In this document: in pieces, positions 20,763 to 31,878 of the stretch | How positions within the stretch are numbered: the first letter of the stretch is position 1 | Layout of the letters: every line of letters begins with the position of its first letter | Sequence record: SRR31156797_2770 | Direction: 5' to 3' (one strand) | DNA: 64,000 bases | Position numbers and translations under genes: made by a program | Notes under the pieces: model-generated | What the model was told of the DNA's origin: nothing | Databases searched by the model: none | What the model saw: only the letters and a program-made list of their open reading frames with translations

Positions 20763-20930
20763 CAACGTTCTCCTTTCGATCTGGCAACTATTTTTATGTA
20801 TAAAAGCTTCTGTCTATTCTATCAAAAAAATCGTAAAAGAAAGAACCAATTTTTTCATGAAAACATGAAAAAATTGATTCTGACCTTCAAGAAAGTATTC
20901 TGCTATTTTTTCATTCCTTTAAGATTGCTG

Positions 20931-21491
20931 TTAAGCTGCACAGCAATCACAAGCGGAAAGGATTTCTTCTACAACAGATTCCCGCCATGCTCTTCTATTC
21001 GCCATACGTTTCTTCTCTGACGGCAAATGAACAAAGTAAACCGACAATTCTGATCCTTTAATCAATTGATAGGACATCAAGCGATTTTTTTGCTGCAAAA
21101 GCAGCTGATGCTTTTTCGGGGAAAGGGAAAGATCAGTTGCGGACACCAATTGCTTTAATGCCTCTGAATGACAAAGGTTTCTTTCTGGTGCGACACTGAT
21201 CAATTGGCTGACCTCTGCTAATTTCATCGCCTCGATCACCCGCAGCGTTGCCCGCGGATCATGGATATCCGTCAAAAAAACCGACTGGCAACCTTGCAAT
21301 GCCCGAACGAGTCGCCCTAAATCGAGAAAGTCACCATCAATGATCGTCTCACGCGCAGCATCAATCTGTTGCAAACGCTCCGTTGCCTGGCGGGCATAGA
21401 GTACTAGGGAGAAATTGGTTCTTTCTAAAAGTGTTTGGCGTGTCAGCTGCCCAATCGTTCCAGCAGCACCTAAAATCGCAAGTCGTTTCAT
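20931..21491 (-). CDS. NAD(P)H-binding Rossmann protein with a divergent C-terminus
   Basis: ILGAAGTIG and LYAR motifs; start moved to MKRLAIL. Confidence 0.7.
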   Translation of the reverse strand: MKRLAILGAAGTIGQLTRQTLLERTNFSLVLYARQATERLQQIDAARETIIDGDFLDLGRLVRALQGCQSVFLTDIHDPRATLRVIEAMKLAEVSQLISVAPERNLCHSEALKQLVSATDLSLSPKKHQLLLQQKNRLMSYQLIKGSELSVYFVHLPSEKKRMANRRAWRESVVEEILSACDCCAA

Positions 21492-21557
21492 AAGCTTCCT
21501 TTCTATTGGATTCCATTGAGCAGAACGTTTCAATTTCCATAGTAGCGAATTCAGTCA

Positions 21558-21962
21558 TTAAGACTTAGTGACCAAATTGGCTTTTCGTTGACGCAATCGT
21601 TCTTCTGTCGGCAGAACATGCTCGTCGTAATGTTCTAGTTTGTATTCTAAACGTTCAACAGCTTCCGTCATATCTGAGATTTTCTCCCTGAGTACCGCAA
21701 TTTGTTCTGCTAAGAGCTGCTTGCGCTCAGGAACCGTCCCTCGCCCTTCTTCAAATAAAGCCAGGTAATGACTCAACCCATCAATCGATAGTCCAGCATT
21801 ACGCATTTGCCTAGTAAAGGTGATCCATTTTAAGTCGTCATCATCAAATTCACGAACACCGTTTTTATTGCGTTTGACCGGCGGAATCAGCCCAATTTTT
21901 TCATAGTAACGGATGGTATCAGCTGAGACACCGCTCAGTTCACTGACTTTTTTGATATTCAT
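21558..21962 (-). CDS. MerR-family regulator (AdhR/NmlR clade)
   Basis: TIRYYEKIGLIPP and MRNAGLSI motifs. Confidence 0.92.
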   Translation of the reverse strand: MNIKKVSELSGVSADTIRYYEKIGLIPPVKRNKNGVREFDDDDLKWITFTRQMRNAGLSIDGLSHYLALFEEGRGTVPERKQLLAEQIAVLREKISDMTEAVERLEYKLEHYDEHVLPTEERLRQRKANLVTKS

Positions 21963-22037
21963 GGCTTCACTTCCTTGTTTTGCATTTTTTCCTAGATCGT
22001 TTTGTATGCTACGAGCCAGAAGCCCTTTTGTTACTCG

Positions 22038-23018
22038 TTATTCCGCTCCTACCACTGCATGAGGCAAGTAAGGCTCTTCCAAATAAGCAATCTCTTCGGC
22101 AGTCAGCTTTAGATCAAGGGCAGGTAAAGCATCCAATAAGTGGCTTTCTTTTGTTGCGCCAATAATTGGTGCGACCACTTGTTCTTTTTGCAATAACCAA
22201 GCCAAGGCGATTTGCGACCGTTTGCTTTGGTGATTGTCAGCGATCTTTGCGACTCGTGCCACGATCTCCCGGTCTTGTTCCATCGTTTTGTCGTACTTTT
22301 GATTGGCAGTTTTATCCGTTAAGTACCGTTTGGTCTCTGCACCCCAATCTCTTGTTAAACGTCCAGCAGCCAAAGGACTATATGGCGTCACGGCAATTTT
22401 TTGATCGGCACACAAGGGCATCATTTCTCGCTCTTCTTCTCGATAAAGCAAGTTTAAGTGATTTTGCATCGAAACAAATTTGGTCCAGCCATTTTTCTCT
22501 GCAACTGCTTGTGCTTTGGCAAATTGCCAAGCGTACATCGCGGATGCACCAATATAGCGCACTTTTCCAGAAACCACCAAATCATGTAAGGCCTTCATGG
22601 TTTCTTCAATTGGCGTGTGGTAATCCCAACGATGGATGATATACAAATCAATGTAGTCCATTTGTAGGCGTTTTAAGCTTTGTTCGACTTGATAAAAGAT
22701 CGCTTTTCGAGACAGCCCTCCACTGTTTGGCCGTTGCTTCATTTTTGAATACAGTTTTGTGGCAACCACGATCTCATCCCGCGGAGCAAAATCATTCAAT
22801 GCTCGACCGACGATTTCTTCGCTCGCTCCATAAGAATAGACATTTGCCGTATCAAAAAAGTTAATGCCTAGATCCAAGGCTTTTTTGATGACTTCGCGAC
22901 TATCTGCTTCTTCTAACACCCACTCATGAAAGCCACTATTGGGATCGCCAAATCCCATTGTCCCTAAACATAATGGTGACACATCAAGTCCCGTATTGCC
23001 AAATTTTACATAGTTCAT
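22038..23018 (-). CDS. Aldo/keto reductase
   Basis: LCLGTM, FFDTANVY, DYIDLYIIHRWD, GKVRYIGAS and PYSPLA motifs. Confidence 0.95.
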   Translation of the reverse strand: MNYVKFGNTGLDVSPLCLGTMGFGDPNSGFHEWVLEEADSREVIKKALDLGINFFDTANVYSYGASEEIVGRALNDFAPRDEIVVATKLYSKMKQRPNSGGLSRKAIFYQVEQSLKRLQMDYIDLYIIHRWDYHTPIEETMKALHDLVVSGKVRYIGASAMYAWQFAKAQAVAEKNGWTKFVSMQNHLNLLYREEEREMMPLCADQKIAVTPYSPLAAGRLTRDWGAETKRYLTDKTANQKYDKTMEQDREIVARVAKIADNHQSKRSQIALAWLLQKEQVVAPIIGATKESHLLDALPALDLKLTAEEIAYLEEPYLPHAVVGAE

Positions 23019-23050
23019 TTGCTCGTCCTCCTGTTTTTTAAGTTACACTA

Positions 23051-23081
23051 AGCATACAGGTTGAAGTGCACTCTAAGTCAA
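23051..23081 (-). promoter_or_regulatory. MerR-type promoter with operator in a 19-bp spacer
   Basis: TTGACT-19 nt-TATGCT; dyad TTAGAGTGCACTTCAA overlapping the spacer, similar to AdhR/NmlR operators. Confidence 0.85.
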
Positions 23082-23227
23082 GCGAATCAGCAAACTTTTT
23101 TTCATTTTACTCGCAAATGACTCATAATGACATGCTTTTTGTCGTGCGTTTCATTTCGAATCAGCTTTTGGTACACTAAAGATAAGTATCGATACGCTAT
23201 CTAGCTGAGAAAAAGGAGCGGAAGATT

Positions 23228-23593
23228 TTGACTTGTATTTTTTGTACTGCCTCAAAACATGCGATCATTGAAAACGAACGCTTTTATGCGATCTTTGATA
23301 AGTTTCCCGTCACCCCTGGACACCTGCTATTGATCCCCAAAGAACATCGAAGGGATTATTTTGCCCTCACCCAAGAGGAATTACAAGACTTGCAGGCTTT
23401 GTTGCAGGAAGGCAAAGCCTATTTGTTGGAAACCTATCGACCAGACGGCTTCAACATCGGCTTCAATTGCGGGGAGGCTGCCGGACAGACGGTCTTTCAT
23501 TGCCATTGTCATTTGATCCCACGCTACCAAGGCGACGTGGAGGAACCAAAAGGCGGCGTTCGAGGCGTGATTCCTGACAAGCAAGCCTACTAA
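23228..23593 (+). CDS. HIT family hydrolase
   Basis: CIFC, AGQTVFHCHCHLIPR histidine triad; TTG start with AAGGAG RBS. Confidence 0.93.
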   Translation: MTCIFCTASKHAIIENERFYAIFDKFPVTPGHLLLIPKEHRRDYFALTQEELQDLQALLQEGKAYLLETYRPDGFNIGFNCGEAAGQTVFHCHCHLIPRYQGDVEEPKGGVRGVIPDKQAY

Positions 23594-23595
23594 AT

Positions 23596-23638
23596 ACAAA
23601 CAAGCCGTTTCTTCCAGCAAAGGGAAACGGCTTGTTTG
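23596..23638. terminator. Bidirectional terminator
   Basis: ACAAACAAGCCGTTTC/GAAACGGCTTGTTTGT inverted repeat. Confidence 0.75.
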
Positions 23639-23660
23639 TGTTTGTTAAAAATGAGGACGC

Positions 23661-24509
23661 TTAGGAATTGATCGCTGAATGGTTCATCAACCGATTGATA
23701 TGAACGCCTAGATAGACGATTTCATTGACAGGGATCTTCGTTTGATATTCTTTATCGATATAGGCTTTGACTTTTGTCGCGATCTCCATAGCATTTGGAT
23801 AAAGAGCCCACATTTGACGGTATAGTCCTTCGTCTTCTTCTTGCAGCAGACCATCCAAAAAGAACCGGTCAACGAAGAAACGCACGTGGGTGATAAAGCG
23901 ATTATAATGGATCGAATTGGTGTTGACGTCTTGCTGGATCGAGTAGCGTACCATATTGACGATCAACCCGATCAATTTGGCTTTTTTCAACCCATCTTGA
24001 TTTTCCTCGGTGTTCGACTGGGCATTGATCAAATGAAACGCGATATTGGAGGCTTCTTCTTCCGGCAGATCAATTTGATACTTCTCTTTCAACAAGCGTA
24101 GTGCCTGTTCGGCGGCTCGAAATTCCTCCGTATAGTAATTCTTGATTTCCCAATAGAGTCGATTCGTCACACTCAAGCCTTTTTGCTGACGTTCCACAGC
24201 AAAGTGCAAGTGATCCGATAAGGTAAGGTAAATCGTTGAATTTAGCGGATAGGGCAGCATTTTTTGCGCCAGCTGAACGATTTCTTTGGTCATTTCAAAA
24301 TAGTACAACGGAATCTCATCCACCAAATCGGCAAACTGACCCGATTTTTTTTCATCGATTGGCAGAAAAACTTGATCGATCTGGGTATCGGCTATGCTGT
24401 CGCCGACTTTCTTTCCATAGCCGATCCCCTTCCCAAGTGCAATCATTTCCTGGCCTTCCTTATCAACAAGTACGACACTTGAATTTAAGACTTTCTTGAT
24501 GTAAATCAT
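23661..24509 (-). CDS. BglG/LicT family antiterminator
   Basis: CAT domain (IKKVLNSS..GKGIG) and two PRDs (LSDHLHFA, IAFH, ITHVRF); start moved to MIYIKK. Confidence 0.93.
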   Translation of the reverse strand: MIYIKKVLNSSVVLVDKEGQEMIALGKGIGYGKKVGDSIADTQIDQVFLPIDEKKSGQFADLVDEIPLYYFEMTKEIVQLAQKMLPYPLNSTIYLTLSDHLHFAVERQQKGLSVTNRLYWEIKNYYTEEFRAAEQALRLLKEKYQIDLPEEEASNIAFHLINAQSNTEENQDGLKKAKLIGLIVNMVRYSIQQDVNTNSIHYNRFITHVRFFVDRFFLDGLLQEEDEGLYRQMWALYPNAMEIATKVKAYIDKEYQTKIPVNEIVYLGVHINRLMNHSAINS

Positions 24510-24529
24510 GCACTCTCGCTCCTCACTGT

Positions 24530-26008
<1,479 letters not shown>

Positions 26009-26039
26009 TTACATTGTTTTTGTTGCATTGCTCATTGGT

Positions 26040-27872
26040 TTAGACGATCGGTGCAATCGATAAAACACCTTGTTCGTTGTGCTCATCGGTTGATTCGATC
26101 GGTTTGACCGTAAAGTTTTCTTGATTGGTGACCACACAGATCACGATTGGATCAAACCCAGCTGCTTTGATGGCATCTAGATCAAATTGAATCAGGGGTT
26201 GCCCTTGTTTCACTTGATCCCCCGCTTTCACGTAAGGGGTAAAGTGTTTGCCTTCTAATTGAACGGTATCCAAGCCGATATGAAAGAGCAATTCTGCGCC
26301 ATTACGAGTTTTTAACCCGATCGCATGGTTGGTTTCAAACAACATCGTGATTTCGCCATCTTCTGGTGCGATCAATTCGCCAGACGTCGGGATGATCCCG
26401 AAACCTTCTCCGATCATACCGCTTGAAAAGACTTCATCGTTGACTTCAGATAGGGCTACCACTTGGCCTTCTACTGGTTTACTCAATACTTCGGCTTTCG
26501 GATCGGCAACTGTCGTCTTATTTTCCACTGTTTTGTCTTTGAATAAGAAAAGGACAAGGACGAAGGAAACAGTAAAGGATACCCCTAACGTGACTAATGC
26601 CCACACAAGATTCATCGGGTTGGCTTCATCGACGAACATAGTGATACTTGCTAGACCGGGACCAACTAATGCGAAGGCCTTGATGGCAAATAACCCAGCC
26701 ACTGCACCACCAACTAGGCTGGAAGCCATCACGCCGTAAAGCACTCGTTTGTGCAGGATCGTCACCCCATACAAAGCAGGCTCGGTTATGCCAAAAAGGG
26801 CGGAGATGCCTGCAGAAACAGCGGTTGAACGAAGTTTTTGGTCTTTGGTCCGAACACTCACCGCAAAACAAGCACCGGCTTCTGCGATGTTATGTGCCAA
26901 TGAGGCAGGTAAGTATAACAGCTCTGCCCCCATCTCACTCATGGACGAAACAGCATAAGGAATCATAGCTTTGTGCATACCGGTAACCACCATCAATGGT
27001 AAAACAGCGGCTAAGATCCCCGTTGCCACCCAACCTAAATGGGCATACAGCCAAATGATCGCTGCTGAGAAAATCGTTCCGACTTCAAAGCCTAATGGGC
27101 CTAAAATCAATAAAGCAACTGGAACCGTAATAACTAAGCTCATCATTGGAACAAAGAAGATACGGATCGGTTTTGGTGAGATTCGGGTAAACAGTTTTTC
27201 AATTTGAGCGTAAAATAAAACCGTTAAAATGGCTGGAAATACTTGTGACGCATAAGCGATATTTTGTAAACCGAAGCCCATGAAAGCTACGCCATCTGTC
27301 AATAGTGTTGTTAGTTCAGGCAAAATCAAGGCACCGACAGCGGAAACCGCCACCAATTGGTTGACCTTTAATTTATTTGCCGTGGTGATCGCCACTAAAA
27401 TCGGTAAGAAATACAATGGTGCGCCACCGATCAGATTCAAAATTTGATACGTTTGGCTGGTATTGTCCATCAATCCAGTGACAGAAGCAAGTAGCAGTAA
27501 GGATTTCAAGACGCCCCCACCAGCGACCGCTGGAATCAACGGTTGAAAAATCGAGATAATAAAATCAAGCAGGACCGCACCCCACGATTGTTTTTGTTTG
27601 CCTTCACTTCCTCCATCCGCTGTTAGCTCATGACCTAACACGTTCATAACCTCATCATACACTTCGACGACATCATTGCCGATGATGACTTGGCATTGGA
27701 CATTTTGTCGCACCCCAATCACGCCATCGACTTTTTCCAAGGCATCTTTTTGTACGAGGCTATTGTCTTTTAAGGTAAAGCGCAAGCGTGTGGAGCAATG
27801 TTCCAAATGTGCGATATTTTCTTTTCCGCCAATCAACTCAACGATGGCAGTTGCCGTTTCTTTTACATTCAT
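26040..27872 (-). CDS. PTS beta-glucoside transporter IIBCA (BglF-like)
   Basis: HCSTRLRF (IIB), GITEPALYG (IIC), HAIG/HIGLDT (IIA). Confidence 0.95.
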   Translation of the reverse strand: MNVKETATAIVELIGGKENIAHLEHCSTRLRFTLKDNSLVQKDALEKVDGVIGVRQNVQCQVIIGNDVVEVYDEVMNVLGHELTADGGSEGKQKQSWGAVLLDFIISIFQPLIPAVAGGGVLKSLLLLASVTGLMDNTSQTYQILNLIGGAPLYFLPILVAITTANKLKVNQLVAVSAVGALILPELTTLLTDGVAFMGFGLQNIAYASQVFPAILTVLFYAQIEKLFTRISPKPIRIFFVPMMSLVITVPVALLILGPLGFEVGTIFSAAIIWLYAHLGWVATGILAAVLPLMVVTGMHKAMIPYAVSSMSEMGAELLYLPASLAHNIAEAGACFAVSVRTKDQKLRSTAVSAGISALFGITEPALYGVTILHKRVLYGVMASSLVGGAVAGLFAIKAFALVGPGLASITMFVDEANPMNLVWALVTLGVSFTVSFVLVLFLFKDKTVENKTTVADPKAEVLSKPVEGQVVALSEVNDEVFSSGMIGEGFGIIPTSGELIAPEDGEITMLFETNHAIGLKTRNGAELLFHIGLDTVQLEGKHFTPYVKAGDQVKQGQPLIQFDLDAIKAAGFDPIVICVVTNQENFTVKPIESTDEHNEQGVLSIAPIV

Positions 27873-27918
27873 AATTTTCTTCTCCTTTAATTAGTTTTCC
27901 TTTGTTGGCCAAACAAAG

Positions 27919-28013
27919 AAAAAAGCAGGCAACACCTACAAAAACATTGAACGGAATCCAACGATCCCTTCCATGTTTTTTATAGGTCCTGCCTGCATTA
28001 CCAGTCACATGCC
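27919..28013 (-). promoter_or_regulatory. RAT antiterminator and overlapping terminator of the bgl operon
   Basis: GGCATGTGACTGGTAATGCAGGCAGGACCT (27984-28013 rc) fits the RAT consensus; downstream TTGCCTGCTTTTTT forms the terminator arm. Confidence 0.88.
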
Positions 28014-28046
28014 TGTTTTATTACTTGCATAATACCATGCTTTATT

Positions 28047-28060
28047 TGAAAACGCAACCA
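28047..28060. promoter_or_regulatory. cre-like (CcpA) site overlapping the -35 of the bgl promoter
   Basis: TGAAAACGCAACCA; minus-strand promoter TTGCGT-17-TATTAT. Confidence 0.65.
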
Positions 28061-28208
28061 CCGTTTTAAAAATATTTTGCTAAGCCTTTTGCTGAAACGA
28101 GAAGTTTGCTACACTTAGTGGATAATCAGTTATTTCGTCTTCCTTGGCTTGCACCAGAAGCAAGAAGAACATCGCTGGCTAAACGTATCACAAGAAAGGA
28201 TGAATCGG

Positions 28209-29099
28209 ATGACTTCATTGAATCACTCACTGCATGTTGCCGTCCCAACAGCATTTGATCATGCAGAAAGACTTGACACGAAAAGGACGATCGCTCATAT
28301 CTTGCAACTGCAAAAGCAAGGGATCAAATCGGTTTTGGTGTGCGGCTCCACCGGTGAACAGCATTCATTGACTTTAACAGAAAAAAAACAGCTTCTACAT
28401 GCCTTAGCGCAAGAAACCAGTTGGGCAGCCGATTTCGAAGTCCTCTTCGGTTTAGCTGGCATTGTATTTCATGAAACGCTCGCGTTGGCAGAAGCAATCA
28501 GCAAAAATCCCCGAATCGATGGTGTGGTTTTAGGCTTTCCCCCTTATCTTTGCCTGACCCAAAAGGAAGCCGTGCTCTATGCTCAGGGATTGATCCATAC
28601 TTGTGAAAAACCAGTTATTTTATACAACAATCCCCGCCGCACGGGCTTTGATTTATCTGCAGAAAGTCTCTTGACCTTAATCGCTGACCCTCGGGTGATC
28701 GGCTTAAAAGAAGCTGGCAGTAAGGAGCGAGTGCCTCAACTAAAAACAAAGACGGCTGCCGATTTTCGTTTTTATGCTGGTGGTGAAGCAGACTTGGCGG
28801 AAAAGGTCGCACTAGGGTTTAACGGGCTGTCATCAATGGCAGGAAACCTTTGTCCCGAGGAGATCCAGGTGATTTGGCAAGGGTTACTCAAAGGTGTTGC
28901 AACGATTTCTACGTCGAATGAATGGCAGAAAATGGAACAAGCAGCTGCCGGCGATCCAACAGATACCATCAGTTACCTTCCGTGGCTCAAGCAGCAAATC
29001 ACCATTGATGGACAGCCCTTTGGCTTTTGTCGTCAGCCGCTAGGTCTAGAAACGAGTGATCGGTTTAGCACTGGCTCAATTCCCCCTCATCTAGCATAA
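28209..29099 (+). CDS. DapA/NanA-family class I aldolase, substrate unknown
   Basis: VPTAF, GSTGE, LYNNP and GLKE (Schiff-base Lys) motifs. Confidence 0.88.
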   Translation: MTSLNHSLHVAVPTAFDHAERLDTKRTIAHILQLQKQGIKSVLVCGSTGEQHSLTLTEKKQLLHALAQETSWAADFEVLFGLAGIVFHETLALAEAISKNPRIDGVVLGFPPYLCLTQKEAVLYAQGLIHTCEKPVILYNNPRRTGFDLSAESLLTLIADPRVIGLKEAGSKERVPQLKTKTAADFRFYAGGEADLAEKVALGFNGLSSMAGNLCPEEIQVIWQGLLKGVATISTSNEWQKMEQAAAGDPTDTISYLPWLKQQITIDGQPFGFCRQPLGLETSDRFSTGSIPPHLA

Positions 29100-29121
29100 G
29101 AAAGGCAGGAGAACCAGACAA

Positions 29122-29769
29122 ATGAAGATTGATCCACAACTAAAGCACTATATTGAAAACTCCATCATCCCGCAATACAACCAATTGGATAGCAGTCACT
29201 CCCCAGCGCACGTCCACCAAGTGATCCAAAATAGTTTTGAGATTGCTGAAACATTGCCTGTTGACCTGAATATCGTCTATACGGTAGCTGCCTACCATGA
29301 TATCGGCTTGCTCTATGGCCGCAAAAACCACGAAAGCAATTCCCGCAAGATCGTTGAACAAGATGCTGTGTTGCCACGCTTTTTCTTGCCTCCAGTCATT
29401 TCAATGATCGGCGAAGCAGTAGAAGACCATCGTGCTTCGCTGCCCTATGAGCCTCGCTCGCTTTATGGCAAAATTATTTCCGAAGCCGATCGTGACTTAG
29501 ATTTTGAGCGAATCCTCAAGCGAACCTTGCTGTTTGCTTATGAGAAAAAGCAACTCACAGATCTAGAACAATTGCACCAAGAAGCGTATCCGTACATTTC
29601 AAAGAAATATGGTCCTCAAAGTGAGCTGAAGGTTTGTTTGGATTATCGCAAAAACCAAGACGGTTTGGCGATCATTTATCAAAAGTTAGCACAACCTGAA
29701 AGCTTTCGTCACTCCTTTGAAAAAATCGTGCCGTTAGTTATCGCTACAATCAAAGAAACTGAAAATTGA
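29122..29769 (+). CDS. HD-domain phosphohydrolase
   Basis: H-x3-H, YHDIG, EDH and EADR motifs. Confidence 0.88.
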   Translation: MKIDPQLKHYIENSIIPQYNQLDSSHSPAHVHQVIQNSFEIAETLPVDLNIVYTVAAYHDIGLLYGRKNHESNSRKIVEQDAVLPRFFLPPVISMIGEAVEDHRASLPYEPRSLYGKIISEADRDLDFERILKRTLLFAYEKKQLTDLEQLHQEAYPYISKKYGPQSELKVCLDYRKNQDGLAIIYQKLAQPESFRHSFEKIVPLVIATIKETEN

Positions 29770-30048
29770 CACTTTGATCCAGCACCAGACTTTAAATAGA
29801 AACCCTCTGATTTCAAAATACGCCAAGTGTTTGCGTGCGCTGAATCAGAGGGCTTTTATTGTTATTCTAGTTCTTTTTTCACGGAAGTCGCCCCTCTCCT
29901 TCATTGCTCAAACGATTCTATCGAAATAAAAGAGCAGTAATTGGTTTTCTTCAATCGACAGACGCCCTTCTAAATAACCTTCCTTTTTTCACCGAATTTA
30001 CTCTTTGTAAGCAAGATAGTTTGCTGAAAATAAAAAAAATGGTATTTT

Positions 30049-30070
30049 TATTTTATCAAGTGATAAAATA
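30049..30070. promoter_or_regulatory. Palindromic operator (FhtR-like) between the -10 and the RBS
   Basis: TATTTTATCA-AG-TGATAAAATA, a perfect 10-2-10 inverted repeat; core TTATCAAGTGATAA. Confidence 0.8.
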
Positions 30071-30085
30071 ATAGGAGGAATCGTT

Positions 30086-31150
30086 ATGTTTTTGGCAATC
30101 AATGAAATACGCCATTCCAAATTGCGTTACGCCCTAGTCACAGGGGTCATGTTTTTAATCGCCTATCTGGTCTTTTTTTTAACTGGCTTAGCGTATGGGT
30201 TGGCTCAAGATAATCGGATGGCGGTCGACAAATGGGAGGCAGATCAAATTTTGTTGACTGAAGAAGCAAATGATAATTTAAACATGTCGATGCTTCCTCG
30301 CAGTCTTTATGACGAAGTCGATGCACCAGAAAAAGCTGTTTTGGCGCAAACCGCTGGGGTAGTGACTAAAGAAGATAACGGTGAAAAAGTCGATGTCACC
30401 TTTTTCGGCATTGATCCAGATCAATTTCTAGCACCAAATATTATCGATGGCGAGATGTTTGCGTCAGATGATGAAGCGGTCGCAGACAGCAGCATTGAGG
30501 AAGAATACGGGATTTCCATTGGTGACACCATCAAATTAGCCGGCAGTGACAAAAAATTGAAAATCGTCGGTTTTACAGATAACGCCCGCTTCAGTGTTGC
30601 TCCGGTCCTCTACACCTCGATCGGTGCCTATCAAGAAATTCGTTTTGAAAAAGAAGATGATTCAGAAAATGCCCGTATCAACGCGATCGTAACTCGTGGC
30701 AAAATCAAAGAAGTGCCAGATGATCTAGTCGCTACGGATATCAGCAAATTTATTAATGAATTGCCTGGTTACAACGCACAAGTGCTGACCTTTGGCTTTA
30801 TGATCGGGTTCTTGATCGTGATCGCTGCCATCGTTATCGGTATTTTTATCTATGTGTTAACGATGCAAAAATCAGAAATTTTCGGTGTCATGAAAGCCCA
30901 AGGGATCTCTAGCCACTACATTGCTTTTTCGGTGATTGCCCAAACGTTCTTATTGGCAACCTCGGGTGTTTTGATCGGTGGGTTGGCAACGATCGGTACC
31001 GCCCTCGTGTTACCTGCGGCAGTGCCATTCCAAATCAATCTATTATTCTTTGCTAGTATCAGTGTAATGATGATTCTGATCGCGATGCTAGGTGCTTTCT
31101 TCTCGGTGCGAACGATTGTAAAAATCGACCCATTGAAAGCAATCGGATAG
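30086..31150 (+). CDS. hrtB: MacB/FtsX-type ABC permease, HrtB-like
   Basis: MFLAINEIRHSKLRY N-terminus; one TM, a large extracellular domain, then 3 TM; FGVMKAQG and KIDPLKAIG. Confidence 0.75.
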   Translation: MFLAINEIRHSKLRYALVTGVMFLIAYLVFFLTGLAYGLAQDNRMAVDKWEADQILLTEEANDNLNMSMLPRSLYDEVDAPEKAVLAQTAGVVTKEDNGEKVDVTFFGIDPDQFLAPNIIDGEMFASDDEAVADSSIEEEYGISIGDTIKLAGSDKKLKIVGFTDNARFSVAPVLYTSIGAYQEIRFEKEDDSENARINAIVTRGKIKEVPDDLVATDISKFINELPGYNAQVLTFGFMIGFLIVIAAIVIGIFIYVLTMQKSEIFGVMKAQGISSHYIAFSVIAQTFLLATSGVLIGGLATIGTALVLPAAVPFQINLLFFASISVMMILIAMLGAFFSVRTIVKIDPLKAIG

Positions 31151-31161
31151 GAGGAAAAAAC

Positions 31162-31878
31162 ATGAGTGCCATTGAATTCAAACAAGTCAAAAAATCATTT
31201 AAAGATGGGGACGCGACGATTGAAGCCTTGAAAGAAACCAACTTTTCGGTAGAAAAAGGCGAATTTGTCGCCATCATCGGTCCTTCCGGCTCTGGGAAAA
31301 GTACCTTTCTGACGATTGCCGGTGGTCTACAAGCTCCCTCTGAAGGCGAAGTATTTATCAATGACGAACCCTTTAGTAAACAAAAAGAAAAGCAACGGGC
31401 AAAAACTCGATTCAAAAAGATCGGCTTTATTTTACAAGCTTCCAACCTTGTCCCTTTTTTGACGGTCAAAAAGCAACTTCAATTGGTGGATAAGGTCAGC
31501 AAAGAACCCCAAGAGCAATCAGCTACTGAATTGTTTGAACAACTAGGGATTGAAAAGCTGCAGAACAAATACCCCGATGAACTATCTGGTGGTGAAAGGC
31601 AGCGTGTGGCTATTGCCCGAGCGCTCTATCATGATCCCACCATCATTTTGGCAGATGAACCAACGGCGAGTCTTGATTCAAAAAAAGCCGTCGAAGTCGT
31701 CAAAATCTTAGCAAAAGAAACCAAAGAAAAACAAAAAGCCACCATTATGGTGACCCATGATACCCGTTTGACAGATTATTGTGATCGGGTCCTCGTCATG
31801 AAGGATGGCGTTTTAGAAGAAAAAGAACACACGAAAAAAGAAGCCGAATCAAGTGATTCGCAGAAGGAGCAAGCATGA
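31162..31878 (+). CDS. hrtA: ABC ATP-binding protein, HrtA-like
   Basis: GPSGSGKST, GFILQASNLVPFL, LSGGERQR and DEPTASLD motifs. Confidence 0.75.
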   Translation: MSAIEFKQVKKSFKDGDATIEALKETNFSVEKGEFVAIIGPSGSGKSTFLTIAGGLQAPSEGEVFINDEPFSKQKEKQRAKTRFKKIGFILQASNLVPFLTVKKQLQLVDKVSKEPQEQSATELFEQLGIEKLQNKYPDELSGGERQRVAIARALYHDPTIILADEPTASLDSKKAVEVVKILAKETKEKQKATIMVTHDTRLTDYCDRVLVMKDGVLEEKEHTKKEAESSDSQKEQA

